64,000 nucleotides of DNA from Marispirochaeta sp. (lineage in GTDB: Bacteria > Spirochaetota > Spirochaetia > JC444 > Marispirochaetaceae), in assembly GCA_963676835.2 (NCBI GenBank), contig CAXXFF010000002.1:640001-704000 (forward strand), written 5' to 3'. Shown here piece by piece: positions 38,257 through 48,818 of the stretch (its first letter is position 1; the number at the start of each line of letters is the position of its first letter). A program made the position numbers and the translations under genes. A model generated the notes under the pieces. The model did not search any database. It had not been told where the DNA came from and saw nothing but the letters and a program-made list of their open reading frames with translations.

Positions 38257-38363
38257 TGTTGCTGCGAGACAATCAGACTGACAGAAAATCTGCACAAGTT
38301 ATTTTGTATTACAGAAATTACCGGCTTTGTCAGTCAGTAACACGAAATCCTCAGGGGAATAAA

Positions 38364-39281
38364 ATGAAACAGGAAATCTTTAATGGAATCTACGCTATTC
38401 CGCAAGTATCGTTCAAAGAAAATTATGAAGTTGACTACGATGAAACAATGCGTTGTGTTCAGTTCCTGCTGGACTGTAAGGTTCATGGAATCGTATTTCC
38501 GGTATATGCCTCTGAGGTAAGCACGCTGCTGAAGGAAGAGCGTATCAAGATGGTTCAGATGGCTCTGGAAGTTGTTAAAAAGCAGGTACCGGTGGTAGTG
38601 GGTATTTCTGCCGAAAGAGTACAGACGGTTTTACAGCTGGCGGAGTCCGCCTGTGATCAGGGAGCTGATGCGGTTATTGCCTATAATCCGACTACCTTGT
38701 CTCCGTCTGAAATCGGGGAATACTATAAACAGATTGACAGTGTTATAAACGTGCCGCTTTTTATCCAGAATCTGGGACCTGCCTTCGGCGGAAAATCCAT
38801 GTCGGAAGCTTTAATGAAACAGATTGTCCAGCAGAGTAAAAATCCCTGCTATGTTAAGGAAGAAGGCACAGATTTTCTGAAAGTACTGGAAATAATGACA
38901 GCCTATCAGAAGGAAAACTCAGAAAAGCTTCTGGCAGTATTCGGTGGTCAGGGAGGCAGATTCCTGCTTGAAGAGTACCGCCGGGGTTCAAAGGGAACCA
39001 TGCCCCCTTCCCAGCTTGCAGACGTTATGGTGGATATCTGGAATTTACTTGATGCTGGAAAAGAAGTGGAAGCCTTCGAGCTTCATCAAAAGGTTCTGCC
39101 TCTGCTGCTGTTTTTCGGAAACAATAAAGTACCGTCTTACAAAGAAATCCTTAAACGCAGGGGTATATTCAAAAATACTGCCTGCCGCCCGAAAAGCTGG
39201 CCTGCAATGGACGCAATGGCCAATAAAGATCTTGATTTCCTTATGGAGCAGATTGATCCCTACCTGCGTGTGAGAAGCTAG
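38364..39281 (+). CDS. DapA/NanA-family class I aldolase
   Basis: TIM-barrel pattern VPVVVG, GADAV, FIQN, YVKEE (Schiff-base Lys); start moved to ATG 38364. Confidence 0.85.
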   Translation: MKQEIFNGIYAIPQVSFKENYEVDYDETMRCVQFLLDCKVHGIVFPVYASEVSTLLKEERIKMVQMALEVVKKQVPVVVGISAERVQTVLQLAESACDQGADAVIAYNPTTLSPSEIGEYYKQIDSVINVPLFIQNLGPAFGGKSMSEALMKQIVQQSKNPCYVKEEGTDFLKVLEIMTAYQKENSEKLLAVFGGQGGRFLLEEYRRGSKGTMPPSQLADVMVDIWNLLDAGKEVEAFELHQKVLPLLLFFGNNKVPSYKEILKRRGIFKNTACRPKSWPAMDAMANKDLDFLMEQIDPYLRVRS

Positions 39282-39331
39282 CTGCCGGAATCAAATTCCG
39301 GTTCCTGGATTTTATATGCCCATAACTGTGA

Positions 39332-39360
39332 ACAGGCCCCTGATTTTTTCAGGGGCCTGT
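39332..39360. terminator. Hairpin between convergent genes, probable bidirectional terminator
   Basis: ACAGGCCCCTGA-TTTTT-TCAGGGGCCTGT, perfect 12-bp stem. Confidence 0.75.
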
Positions 39361-39366
39361 CTATAG

Positions 39367-40374
39367 TTACCAGCAGGTACACAAAGTTTTGATATTCTCC
39401 AGAGATACATCCACCCCGCCGACGCTCTGTCCTATAAGCCCTCCGCCGTTTACCACAAGACTTTCTTTCATTTTCTTTGCACAGGCACGAATTTCCTCAG
39501 GACCTTTAAAAGCCAGAACCTGCTGGCGGTCAATCTCACCCCAGAAACAGATTTTCCCGGCATAATTCTCGGCGATCTTATCAATATCCATTATCCAGAG
39601 CTGGGTATTAATGGCGTCCACGCCAAGATCGATCCACTCCTGGTAGAGGTCGTAAACATATCCATCGGAGTGAAAAAATACTTTTTTGCCCTTCGATTTT
39701 ATCTTGTCGATCAGCTTCTTATATACCGGCTTGAAGATGTCTCTGAAATCCCTGGGAGAAATCAGCAGACTGATCTGGGAGCCCCAGTCTTCAGTAAAAA
39801 AGATTCCGTCAACATCCTTGTCCAGCCAGTAGTCAAGGTATTTCATAAAGTAGTCTGTGATCCTGTCCACAAATATGTAGAGCTCTTTCTCTTTCATTCC
39901 AAGGTCGAGAAATGTATTTTCCGTACCCCGGACAAACTGCATGCGCTGAAAGGGTTCAACCTTGGCGCCGACAATAAACTTACCTTTCTCTCTGCTCGCC
40001 CGAATTTTTTCTTCTATCTGGGCATCATACTTTTTCCATTCATCATCCAGCCAATCAAGAGGAAAAACATATTCATCTACTTTTGAGAGGTCTTCCAGAC
40101 CGGGTTTCTTGACTTCACCCACCATTCCATTGGCAAGCACAAGCCAGCTGCTGCCCCAGGTGTCGGTGTATTCTCCCTTTGTGGTTGATTCCTTGTAAAA
40201 ATTGCGGTCGCCGGGGCCTGCTATGAGGTCGATATCATTGGGATATTTGTCGGTAATAGCCGTAAGTTGACTGCCGTATCTGTCTTTCGTTGCCTGGTGA
40301 AACCAGAGATTGAGAGGGATCCTGTCGGGATTGGCAAAACTGAGTGTTGCCTCTACGCGTTCTTTACTGGTCAT
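39367..40374 (-). CDS. Uroporphyrinogen decarboxylase / MtaA-CmuA-like family protein
   Basis: MTSKERV..PDRIP, DTWG, EDWGSQ, FHSDG, FWGEIDRQ; GGAGG SD before ATG 40374. Confidence 0.85.
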   Translation of the reverse strand: MTSKERVEATLSFANPDRIPLNLWFHQATKDRYGSQLTAITDKYPNDIDLIAGPGDRNFYKESTTKGEYTDTWGSSWLVLANGMVGEVKKPGLEDLSKVDEYVFPLDWLDDEWKKYDAQIEEKIRASREKGKFIVGAKVEPFQRMQFVRGTENTFLDLGMKEKELYIFVDRITDYFMKYLDYWLDKDVDGIFFTEDWGSQISLLISPRDFRDIFKPVYKKLIDKIKSKGKKVFFHSDGYVYDLYQEWIDLGVDAINTQLWIMDIDKIAENYAGKICFWGEIDRQQVLAFKGPEEIRACAKKMKESLVVNGGGLIGQSVGGVDVSLENIKTLCTCW

Positions 40375-40387
40375 ATAGCCTCCACGG

Positions 40388-40419
40388 ATATTGTATGCAA
40401 TATATTGGAGAACTGTCAA
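40388..40419 (-). promoter_or_regulatory. Sigma70 promoter with overlapping GntR-like operator
   Basis: Minus strand TTGACA-N18-TACAAT; near-palindrome ATATTGTATGCAATAT (40388-40403) covers the -10. Confidence 0.7.
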
Positions 40420-40420
40420 C

Positions 40421-40452
40421 AAAAAAAGCCGAGCCCATTGAGCGGGCCCGGC
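40421..40452 (-). terminator. Rho-independent terminator of thrC
   Basis: Minus strand GCCGGGCCC..GGGCTCGGC followed by T7. Confidence 0.85.
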
Positions 40453-40478
40453 GATTTCATTTCTATCGTAAGATTATG

Positions 40479-41795
40479 TCAGGAGAAATTAGCCAGAAGA
40501 TATTTTTTAAGGTCCTCCAGAGTGTTTCCGGTGACAACAGATTCTTTCTCTAATTCCAGTACATCCTTCAGCTGTTCCGGAAGGGGAGGCTGTTTGCCTG
40601 TGGCTTCCTCCACCACCTCGGTAAACTTACCGGGTGCGGCAGTTCCCAGGCTGATAACTGCAGGCTTGGTGGCTCCGGTAAAACCATCAAGAAATCTTTT
40701 TGCAGATAGATAGCCTACGGCGGTATGGGGGCAGAGAAACTCTCCCTGTTCCTTTTCCACCTTGCCCATGGTTGCCAGAGTCTCCTTGTCGCTTATCCGG
40801 TCTCCCAGAATAATTGCTCCCATCTCCTCCCAGTTACCGTCAAAGATTGCCTGAAGACGCTCGAAGTTGCTGGGATCACCCACATCCATTGCATTGGAAT
40901 AGGTGTGAACCGAAGGGCGCGGTTTGAAAATGCTTGATTCCAGATACTCCGGTACCACGTCGTTGACATTGGTTGAGGCAATAAAGCGTTCCACTTCAAG
41001 TCCCCAGCTCCAGGCCATTACACCTGCAGTGAGGTTGCCGAAGTTGCCGGAAGGAACACAGAACACCAGAGGTGTATCTGCCGGGAGCTGTGCCTTTGCC
41101 CAGATATAATAGAAAGACTGAGGCAGCAGGCGTCCCAGGTTGATGGAATTGGCAGAACTGAGGCGTATAGCTTTGATGAGCTCTGGATCAACAAAAGCCT
41201 CTTTTACCATCCGCTGACAGTCATCAAAGGAGCCTTCAACCTCAAGGGCGCGTATGTTGCCCCCCAGGGTTGTAAGCTGCTTTTCCTGCAGAGGGCTTAC
41301 CCGTCCTGAAGGATAGAGTATCACCACATCTATGTTGGATGACCCGTAGAATGCCCGGGCGACGGCACTGCCGGTATCGCCGGATGTCGCAGTAAGGATT
41401 ACTGCACGCTCATCCTTTCCTGCAAGAATGGAGTCCATTACCGCAGCAAGAAAACTGGCACCAAAATCCTTAAAGGCGCAGGATGGCCCGTGGAAAAGCT
41501 CCATAATGGAGATGCCATCACCCATATCCTTCAAAACCGGACTAAAGGTAAAGGCCCTGTCGCATATTTTCTGTGCTTCTTCCATGGAAAACTCATTGGG
41601 AAGCAGGGCATACAGCGTTTTGGCCGCAATTTCAGTAAAAGGGGTTTCCGGACCGAACTCCCGGAAAAGACTGCTCAGGTCGGGGATGCCGTCGGGATGA
41701 TAGAGTCCTCCATCCGGGGCAAGACCGCGGAAAACCGCCTCTTTAAAGCTTATTTTCTGTTCCGGTGAGCGGGTACTGGCAAATGCGAGGCTCAT
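40479..41795 (-). CDS. thrC: Threonine synthase
   Basis: GLAPDGGLY, ELFHGPSCAFKDFG, ATSGDTGSA, VPSGNFGN. Confidence 0.97.
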   Translation of the reverse strand: MSLAFASTRSPEQKISFKEAVFRGLAPDGGLYHPDGIPDLSSLFREFGPETPFTEIAAKTLYALLPNEFSMEEAQKICDRAFTFSPVLKDMGDGISIMELFHGPSCAFKDFGASFLAAVMDSILAGKDERAVILTATSGDTGSAVARAFYGSSNIDVVILYPSGRVSPLQEKQLTTLGGNIRALEVEGSFDDCQRMVKEAFVDPELIKAIRLSSANSINLGRLLPQSFYYIWAKAQLPADTPLVFCVPSGNFGNLTAGVMAWSWGLEVERFIASTNVNDVVPEYLESSIFKPRPSVHTYSNAMDVGDPSNFERLQAIFDGNWEEMGAIILGDRISDKETLATMGKVEKEQGEFLCPHTAVGYLSAKRFLDGFTGATKPAVISLGTAAPGKFTEVVEEATGKQPPLPEQLKDVLELEKESVVTGNTLEDLKKYLLANFS

Positions 41796-41796
41796 A

Positions 41797-43188
41797 TTAT
41801 TTCTGGTCTCCTAAAAAGGCTCCGTGGACCACGTTAAGAGCTTCCTTGCGGTCGCTGCGGTGGATTACAAAGCTGATGTTCCGTTCTGATGATCCCTGGG
41901 CAATGGCGAGTACATTAATTCCGGCATTGCCCAGGGCACTGAAGAGTCGTCCGGAAATCCCCGGAGTTCCCCGCATATTCTCACCGACAACGGCAATAAT
42001 CTCAAGCTCTTTAATGAGGTCGATCTTCTGTACCATCCGGTAATGGAGTTCCCGTTCAAGTTCCGCCTCAAGAGCCAGAATAGCACGACCGGCTTCTTTC
42101 TCACGGCAAACCATGCAGATGCTGTGCTCAGAAGAAGCCTGGGAGATCATGATGATGTTTATATCAATCTCAGCAAGGGCATTGAACACCCTGGAAGCAA
42201 CACCGGTATGACCAAGCATGCCGCCGCCTTCGATATTAATCAGCGCCGCATTCTCGATGGAGGCAACTCCGGTTATGGGCAGATTGTTTTTTCGGATATC
42301 TGCAGCAATACGGGTACCCGGAGCTGATGGATTCAGGGTGTTCTTTATATAGATGGAGATCTTCTTGTCGACCGCGGGAATCATGGTGTAGGGGTGGATT
42401 ACCTCCGCGCCGAAAAAGGAGAGCTCCATGGCATCCTCTATGGAAACCTCAGGCAGCACATAGGCTTTTTCCACCAGTCGGGGGTCTGCGGAGAGTACAC
42501 CATCCACATCGGTCCATATTTCCACGCTGCTGGCATCAATGGCTGCACCTAAAAGGGATGCAGTGTAATCCGAACCATTTCTTCCCAGAGTGGTTGTTAC
42601 GCCTTTGGGGGTTGAGGCAATAAAACCGGTAACAACCGCAATTCCCTCCACCGCTTCAATAGCGGAACGGATTTTAGGGTAACTGACCTCAAAATCAACT
42701 TTGGCACTGCCGTGGCTTGCATCGGTTATAATTATGCTTCTGGCATCAATATAGCTTGCAGGAGTTCCGGTGCTTGAAAGATAAGCAGCAATAAGCCGGT
42801 TGTTAAGGCGCTCACCGAAACTCATAATCATATCCATAGTCCGAGGGGAGCACTCTTTTACCAGCTCAACACCGTGGAGAATATCGGTGAGATTAATCAG
42901 CAGCTGATCGAGGTCCTGCATAATTGCCTCGGAATCGCTTTTATCGGTAAAAAGCTCTGCAGCTGCTTCAGTCTGGCGATGTTTGATCTCTTCCACCAGT
43001 CTGCGGTAACCGGGGTCTCCGTTTTCAGCTTTCTCGGCTGCTTCTATAAGCATATCGGTAATACCTTTCATGGCAGAGAATACCAGCACTACCGGTTCTG
43101 TCTCATGGGCACCAAGGGCAATAGAGCTTACATGTTTAATCTTTTCAGCGTCTTTGACGGAACTTCCGCCGAATTTCATGACCTTCAT
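41797..43188 (-). CDS. lysC: Aspartate kinase with two ACT domains
   Basis: KFGGSS, SFGERL, TLGRNGSDYTA, WTDVDG, QASSEHSI and QGSSERNIS ACT motifs. Confidence 0.93.
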   Translation of the reverse strand: MKVMKFGGSSVKDAEKIKHVSSIALGAHETEPVVLVFSAMKGITDMLIEAAEKAENGDPGYRRLVEEIKHRQTEAAAELFTDKSDSEAIMQDLDQLLINLTDILHGVELVKECSPRTMDMIMSFGERLNNRLIAAYLSSTGTPASYIDARSIIITDASHGSAKVDFEVSYPKIRSAIEAVEGIAVVTGFIASTPKGVTTTLGRNGSDYTASLLGAAIDASSVEIWTDVDGVLSADPRLVEKAYVLPEVSIEDAMELSFFGAEVIHPYTMIPAVDKKISIYIKNTLNPSAPGTRIAADIRKNNLPITGVASIENAALINIEGGGMLGHTGVASRVFNALAEIDINIIMISQASSEHSICMVCREKEAGRAILALEAELERELHYRMVQKIDLIKELEIIAVVGENMRGTPGISGRLFSALGNAGINVLAIAQGSSERNISFVIHRSDRKEALNVVHGAFLGDQK

Positions 43189-43337
43189 AGGCAATCCTGT
43201 CTAATTGAATTGCTAAGAATATACTAAAGATTGCCTCCTCTTGCCATAGGCGGGAGCCCTGTCTGGGGGAAAAGCCAAAAAGAGAAAGGAAAAAAAGAGT
43301 GGCACAGGCAGGGGGAAATTGGTATGATTTGCCTCAT

Positions 43338-44513
43338 ATGGCTTCATTGCGTATCCTGATCCCGATTTTCTGGGTTTCCCTGCTTCTGGTTCAGTGTACC
43401 ACGGCACCGGAACAGGAATATCGCCCGGGACAGCCCGATCCTGTGGTTGAACGGGAAAGCAATCCTGATCTCCTCCTGAATACCGGAGACAATTCCGGTC
43501 CGGCAGAGGTGTATTCTCCACCGGAAGATGACGCAATGAAGATATTCGCTCTCAACGCTATGCAGGGGGGTGTTCGTCCGGTATTGGACCGCCGGGGCAG
43601 ACCGGTCGCTGCAGTATGGTCTCAGGATGAGCGGAAATTCTGTCTTGTTCTCAGTGTCTCAGGCAGTGAAAATCCCGCATATTCCGATCTCACAGAACTT
43701 TCTCACCTCTATAACAATGTAAGCCCGGAAGAATATTTACTTACCTGTTTTCAATGGTACCGGGGCGATCTGTTTTTCGCATATACCGTCAAGCTCGGCA
43801 CCTTTCCGGTGATAGAAAACTTCAAGGCTGAACCCTTCGGGCAGAATGCGGAATCAGCACCCATGGCAGTTCTGGTCGATTTTCTCTCCGGTGAGGGGGG
43901 AGTCTCCTATTTTGTGTTCTGCAGCGCCCTGAAGGGAAGTTCCCTGAAAATACGCCGCAACAGTGCCTCCTTTGCCCAGAGAAAAGATCTGGATACAGAT
44001 GGTATTGATGATGTACTGCTCTATGAAGCAGCCTTTGAAGAGGGAACAGGCAAAGAGACCTTTATCTCCTGGTATCGCTGGGACGGACGATCCCTTTCAT
44101 CCTATAAAACAGTAAATATTGTGAGGAATCTGAATAGTTTCCTCAAAGAATCTGCAGCCAGTCTGGAAAACCGCTCTTTTCGCAGCTTCCTTTCCGAATT
44201 TGTCCACGTGGATAGTGGAAGGGATATGGGGACGAATCTCTCCTTCGATGAAGCCTTTTCCCGAATTTTTAAACCTGAAGGCGAGGTTGTTAATGAAAGA
44301 GATAAAATAACTGAAGAATCTTTCAGCTCTACCCGGAAGGTTATTTTTCCCGAGATTCTGGAAAATCCCTTTGATATCTCCGCCGGCGATTTCAGCCTGG
44401 AACTGCCGGTTCATTTTGTTGCAGATCGGGATCACCGTTACAGTGTAGGCCTTGTAATGAACGATAACCCCTTTTCCGGCCGGCAATACTATTTCGTGCC
44501 CCGGCAGCCTTGA
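43338..44513 (+). CDS. Hypothetical protein, probable lipoprotein
   Basis: Long ORF; hydrophobic N-terminus ending LLVQC; DLDTDGIDDV Ca-binding-like motif. Confidence 0.65.
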   Translation: MASLRILIPIFWVSLLLVQCTTAPEQEYRPGQPDPVVERESNPDLLLNTGDNSGPAEVYSPPEDDAMKIFALNAMQGGVRPVLDRRGRPVAAVWSQDERKFCLVLSVSGSENPAYSDLTELSHLYNNVSPEEYLLTCFQWYRGDLFFAYTVKLGTFPVIENFKAEPFGQNAESAPMAVLVDFLSGEGGVSYFVFCSALKGSSLKIRRNSASFAQRKDLDTDGIDDVLLYEAAFEEGTGKETFISWYRWDGRSLSSYKTVNIVRNLNSFLKESAASLENRSFRSFLSEFVHVDSGRDMGTNLSFDEAFSRIFKPEGEVVNERDKITEESFSSTRKVIFPEILENPFDISAGDFSLELPVHFVADRDHRYSVGLVMNDNPFSGRQYYFVPRQP

Positions 44514-44545
44514 AATATTTTATTCCCCTGCGGTAAATTGCATCT

Positions 44546-45829
44546 ATGTATACCTATAAAATTGAGGGGAATATCCCCCTTAAAGGCAGTATTCAGGCCC
44601 GGGGTAATAAAAACTCCGCACTGCCCTGTATTGCTGCTGCTCTGCTGACAGATAAAACAGTGATCCTGCGTAATATTCCCGATATAGAAGACGTCGGGGT
44701 TATGATAGATATTCTCGTTGCCCTGGGGGCGAAGGTTGAGAGAAAGGGCGGTGGAGAAATCCAGATCTGCTGCAATAAAAATCCGAAATCTGAAGTTCCC
44801 GCCCAGATGGCAAAGGATATCCGAGCCTCAATTCTTTTTGCGGGCCCCCTGCTTGCACGCACCGGGAAAGTACTTCTGCCTCCTCCCGGAGGAGACGTAA
44901 TCGGCCGCCGCCGGCTGGATACCCACTTTCTGGCCTTTTCAGAACTTGGAGCCCGGGTCGAAGTGGATGGGATTTTCAAAGTTAGTGCCAACAAACTGGT
45001 GGGAGTTGACCTGTTTCTTGATGAAGCTTCGGTAACCGCCACGGAAAACGCTATAATGGCAGCTGTCCTCGCGGAGGGAAAAACCATTATTCAGAATGCC
45101 GCCTCGGAACCGCATGTGCAGGATCTCTGTAATATGCTCAATAAAATGGGTGCGAAGATTAGCGGTATCGGTTCAAATATCCTTACAATCCAGGGAGTCA
45201 AGAAGCTCGGAGGAGCTGATTTCACCATAGGTGCAGACTTCATGGAGGTCGGTTCGTTTATCGGTCTTGCTGCGGTTACCCGGGGTGAAATTGAGATAGA
45301 AAATGCAAATCCGGAACACCTGCGTATGACCCGGCTTGCATTCAATAAACTGGGTATCCACTGGGAGACTGACGGTACCACAATCCGGGTTCCAAGCGGC
45401 CAGAATATGCGGGTTGTTCCGGATCTTGGCGGCAGCATTCCCCATATCGATGATGCTCCCTGGCCGGGATTTCCTGCGGACCTTACCAGTATTATTACGG
45501 TAGTCGCCACCCAGGTGGAGGGCACGGTTCTTATCCATGAGAAGATGTTTGAATCCCGTCTCTTTTTTGTGGATAAGCTGATCGGCATGGGTGCTCAGAT
45601 TGTTCTGTGTGACCCCCACCGTGCGGTTGTCAGCGGTCCCAGCCGCCTGCGCGGGGCGGATCTTATTTCACCGGATGTTCGCGCCGGTATGGCTATGGTT
45701 CTTGCCGCTCTGTGCGCCGAAGGAACCAGCATTATTCACAATGTGTATCAGATTGAACGGGGCTATGAGTCTCTGTGTGACCGGCTTTCAAATCTTGGCG
45801 CCCGGATAGAGAAGCTTCCAACACCCTAA
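44546..45829 (+). CDS. murA: UDP-N-acetylglucosamine 1-carboxyvinyltransferase
   Basis: [39 protein letters not shown]. Confidence 0.97.
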   Translation: MYTYKIEGNIPLKGSIQARGNKNSALPCIAAALLTDKTVILRNIPDIEDVGVMIDILVALGAKVERKGGGEIQICCNKNPKSEVPAQMAKDIRASILFAGPLLARTGKVLLPPPGGDVIGRRRLDTHFLAFSELGARVEVDGIFKVSANKLVGVDLFLDEASVTATENAIMAAVLAEGKTIIQNAASEPHVQDLCNMLNKMGAKISGIGSNILTIQGVKKLGGADFTIGADFMEVGSFIGLAAVTRGEIEIENANPEHLRMTRLAFNKLGIHWETDGTTIRVPSGQNMRVVPDLGGSIPHIDDAPWPGFPADLTSIITVVATQVEGTVLIHEKMFESRLFFVDKLIGMGAQIVLCDPHRAVVSGPSRLRGADLISPDVRAGMAMVLAALCAEGTSIIHNVYQIERGYESLCDRLSNLGARIEKLPTP

Positions 45830-47568
45830 TTACTGCCGGCTGTTTCAAGCCGGGCAACCAGCAGCAGTGCAATTCCCAGCAGAAGGGCCTGAACCAGCAC
45901 TGCTGTAACCAGGGTAAGGAGAAATCCTGTCTGGAGAAGAAGATAGAGATAAACAATTCTGCTGAAATAAATGTAGAGTCCATAAAGCCGGAACAGTGCT
46001 GCTGCAATAAGGGGCATTAAGAGAAAGTGGTACCATTTCTTCCTGTTCCGCACCCTCAGCGCCCACCCGGCGGCAAGAGCCAGAAACCCGAGAATAAGCA
46101 GGCTGAAAGGTTTCAGCACCCGCATGATTATTTCTATCTCTATCTTGCCGGGATGATAGCCGTGGGCTGCAAAATCCGGCCGCAGGGCAAAAAGCTGGTG
46201 CAGATACTGAAGTTTGAGGGATGAATCAATCTGACTGTACCCCGGGATTTTACTTATCCCGGTATTGAGAGCCCGCAGAGACGCTGGTTTCCCGCCGTCC
46301 GGTACAGCAAGGTCTACCGGTTCATAAAGCAGATTTGTCCTGTCCTCCCGATCAAGGGCTTTAAGCATAAGAGAAACAGATGTCTCTTTTGTTATCATAT
46401 CCGTGGATTCCGTAATCTTGGCCGCCGGTGCGCTAATGTGGTAGGCAACCTTTCCACCTGAATCCATTCCGAGAATTTCCACCCCATAGGCATAGGCGAC
46501 AACTCCCAGAGGGATAAAACGGTTGAAATAGATGAATTCCTTAATTTCTCCCTGCTTGTTGATAAAAAAGATATCATGTCTTCCCGGGAGTGCTTTGATC
46601 TGCTCAAGCTCATCGGTAAAGAAGGCACTTTGCTCAAGCTGTTCCAGAACAAGAAGGCTGAAAGTTTCAATGTCCTGATCCATGGGAGCATCTTTTTCAA
46701 GGTCATGGAAAAGGTAGTATGCTTTTATATAGTTTGCCTGATCAAAGGCTGTATATGCTTCCCTCTTTTTCCGGTAGAAATCACCCGATTCCTGTGCTTC
46801 CCGGCTGAACTCCGACTCCTGTATCCGGTTCCAGGCTTCAGCCCTTATTCGCGAAGCATCCCGCCTCCCCGGTTCAATCTGTCTGGCAATGGTTGCGTAA
46901 TAATGGGCGGAATAATAATCCCGGTTATTGAGAAAGCGCTCTGCTGCCCGCACAAGATCACCGGCAGACTGATTCATTAAACGGCCCGAGTATTCGCCGG
47001 ACGAGTTGTTGTCGGTCTGCTGCTGTTTCGGCGCGAGGTCAAAGGCTGCTTTTGTGTCTGCTTTTAATTCTTTTACATCTTCATCGTCGGGATTTATACT
47101 CAGGTAATAATCAAAGTAGAGAATTGCTTTCTGATAATCACCTTTTATTTTGCTGTTTTTTCCTTCCCGGAGAGATCCTTCAGCGAAGCTGCTTTTTCCG
47201 TACAGTTCCTCCAGGCCCGCCCTGATCCCCGGGGCAAACCCTTCTGAAATGACTGTTTCCACAGTCGCCATCAGCAGGAAAAGCAGTATCAGCATGCTGG
47301 CCAGGCGGGTAAAGCCTGTCAGACTTTGCCGCTCCGGAGACCCCTGAAGAAAGAGAAAGCTGAATCCCAGAAGAACCGCTGTTGCGGTGAGGGGGATAAA
47401 AGCATCCATCAGCTGTACAAAGGCTTGAGACAGTGACCAGGAGAGAAAATAGATATCCAGGAGTCCCTCGGTTGAAAAATTCAGAAGAGCATGCACAAGG
47501 TTACCGGCGAAATAAATTGCGGCGAAAACAAGGAACAGAATTAAGATTTTTCGGACAGCACCGCTCAT
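45826..47568 (-). CDS. Membrane protein with TPR-like periplasmic region
   Basis: N- and C-terminal TM segments; helical repeats such as [20 protein letters not shown]. Confidence 0.7.
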   Translation of the reverse strand: MSGAVRKILILFLVFAAIYFAGNLVHALLNFSTEGLLDIYFLSWSLSQAFVQLMDAFIPLTATAVLLGFSFLFLQGSPERQSLTGFTRLASMLILLFLLMATVETVISEGFAPGIRAGLEELYGKSSFAEGSLREGKNSKIKGDYQKAILYFDYYLSINPDDEDVKELKADTKAAFDLAPKQQQTDNNSSGEYSGRLMNQSAGDLVRAAERFLNNRDYYSAHYYATIARQIEPGRRDASRIRAEAWNRIQESEFSREAQESGDFYRKKREAYTAFDQANYIKAYYLFHDLEKDAPMDQDIETFSLLVLEQLEQSAFFTDELEQIKALPGRHDIFFINKQGEIKEFIYFNRFIPLGVVAYAYGVEILGMDSGGKVAYHISAPAAKITESTDMITKETSVSLMLKALDREDRTNLLYEPVDLAVPDGGKPASLRALNTGISKIPGYSQIDSSLKLQYLHQLFALRPDFAAHGYHPGKIEIEIIMRVLKPFSLLILGFLALAAGWALRVRNRKKWYHFLLMPLIAAALFRLYGLYIYFSRIVYLYLLLQTGFLLTLVTAVLVQALLLGIALLLVARLETAGSN

Positions 47569-48506
47569 TTCTTTGTTCTCCTTTTGTTATAGCGGTCAAA
47601 GGGAACAAAGAATATATCCCAAAGTATCAGAACAGCCGCGGTGCCGGTAAATATCAGTGGCAGGTTTTTCGCCGGCTCCATACCGGGAATATAGGAAGAG
47701 AGGAGTTCCCGCACCTCAGGTGCGATTAAAAAAGCTCCAGAAAAGAGCATGAGCCTGATAATCACCAGGAAGTAGATGGTGTTTATCAGGGGCCATGAGG
47801 AAAGCCGGGCAAAAATCCACAGGCTTGTGAGAAGTAAACCGAAAGCCCCGATTTGCAGCAGAAAATCCTTAAGAGAGAGACTGTAGTTGTAGATAAAAAA
47901 GGAGCTAAGGGCATTACAGTCCCGGATAATCCTGGTTATACCTGGTCCCGGATCAAGAGCGGACTGGAAGAATGGATTTTCGGGTATTCTGTCTATGGCA
48001 ATATCTCCGATTTCGGCCTGCCTTTCTTCTGAGGAACTGAGAGTTCCACCGGTAAGCCTTGGCGTGTTTCCCGAGGAGAAGATTACCGCAGGATGCCCGG
48101 GAGAAAATGAATCTTCTATATAGACTGATCCATCATCATAGGTGTGGATAGATCCGGCAATGGCAACGCCTGTGTTCCCGTCGGGGACAAACATAGCCTC
48201 CGGTTTCAGTAGAATGTAGGCTGCTGAAAAGCAGACAGAGAAGCTGAGCCACAGGGCAATAAAGGTGCCAACACCGTTTCCCGGCCTGCGCTGAATCAGA
48301 AATACCGTGATAACAAGAGAAAGCAGCGATCCGGGGAGTATGGATATTCCCGCAGCATTTAAAAGAACCGCAATATGCCATGATGCGGGGTAATGGTCCG
48401 CGATCTGAAGGTCCCAGGTAAAGATATATACAGACAGAGTAAGAAGAAGAGTTAGCCCGACGAAGACGAGTAGATACTTCAGAATTACCATTAATGCATT
48501 TTTCAC
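47565..48506 (-). CDS. Hypothetical membrane protein
   Basis: Multiple TM segments; overlaps next gene by 4 bp; GTG 48506 follows TTGCCA-N17-TACGAT. Confidence 0.7.
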   Translation of the reverse strand: MKNALMVILKYLLVFVGLTLLLTLSVYIFTWDLQIADHYPASWHIAVLLNAAGISILPGSLLSLVITVFLIQRRPGNGVGTFIALWLSFSVCFSAAYILLKPEAMFVPDGNTGVAIAGSIHTYDDGSVYIEDSFSPGHPAVIFSSGNTPRLTGGTLSSSEERQAEIGDIAIDRIPENPFFQSALDPGPGITRIIRDCNALSSFFIYNYSLSLKDFLLQIGAFGLLLTSLWIFARLSSWPLINTIYFLVIIRLMLFSGAFLIAPEVRELLSSYIPGMEPAKNLPLIFTGTAAVLILWDIFFVPFDRYNKRRTKK

Positions 48507-48578
48507 TCTGACTCGAATCGTAGCATGGCCTCTCCCGGCTGGCAAGCGTCTGTGGGTTTCTAAATATCTAATAACAAC

Positions 48579-48808
48579 TTATCCACAACGGGAAAAACTG
48601 ATCGCCGGTCACTTTCGGGATTGAAATTGTTGAAAAATTGTCAAGATGTTTATTTCTATCTTGGAGAAATTTAACAAAATTTTTTAATTACTTACTATAT
48701 AAAGAAATATTTCCTGAGTGTTTTAGGTTGATTTTGGTATTATTTTACTTAAGTTATTGCTGTGTAAGTAATAGGCATGCCTGACAATCTGTAAAGAACT
48801 TATCCACA
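48579..48808. promoter_or_regulatory. AT-rich intergenic segment bounded by DnaA boxes
   Basis: TTATCCACA at 48579-48587 and 48800-48808; TGTTGAAAA (one mismatch, reverse) at 48628-48636. Confidence 0.6.
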
Positions 48809-48818
48809 GGATATCAAC

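Noticed and set aside
41797..43300. Broken thrA or a thr attenuator/lysine riboswitch
   Set aside because: The aspartokinase ends cleanly 1 bp before thrC with no dehydrogenase remnant; no Thr-rich leader or riboswitch is visible
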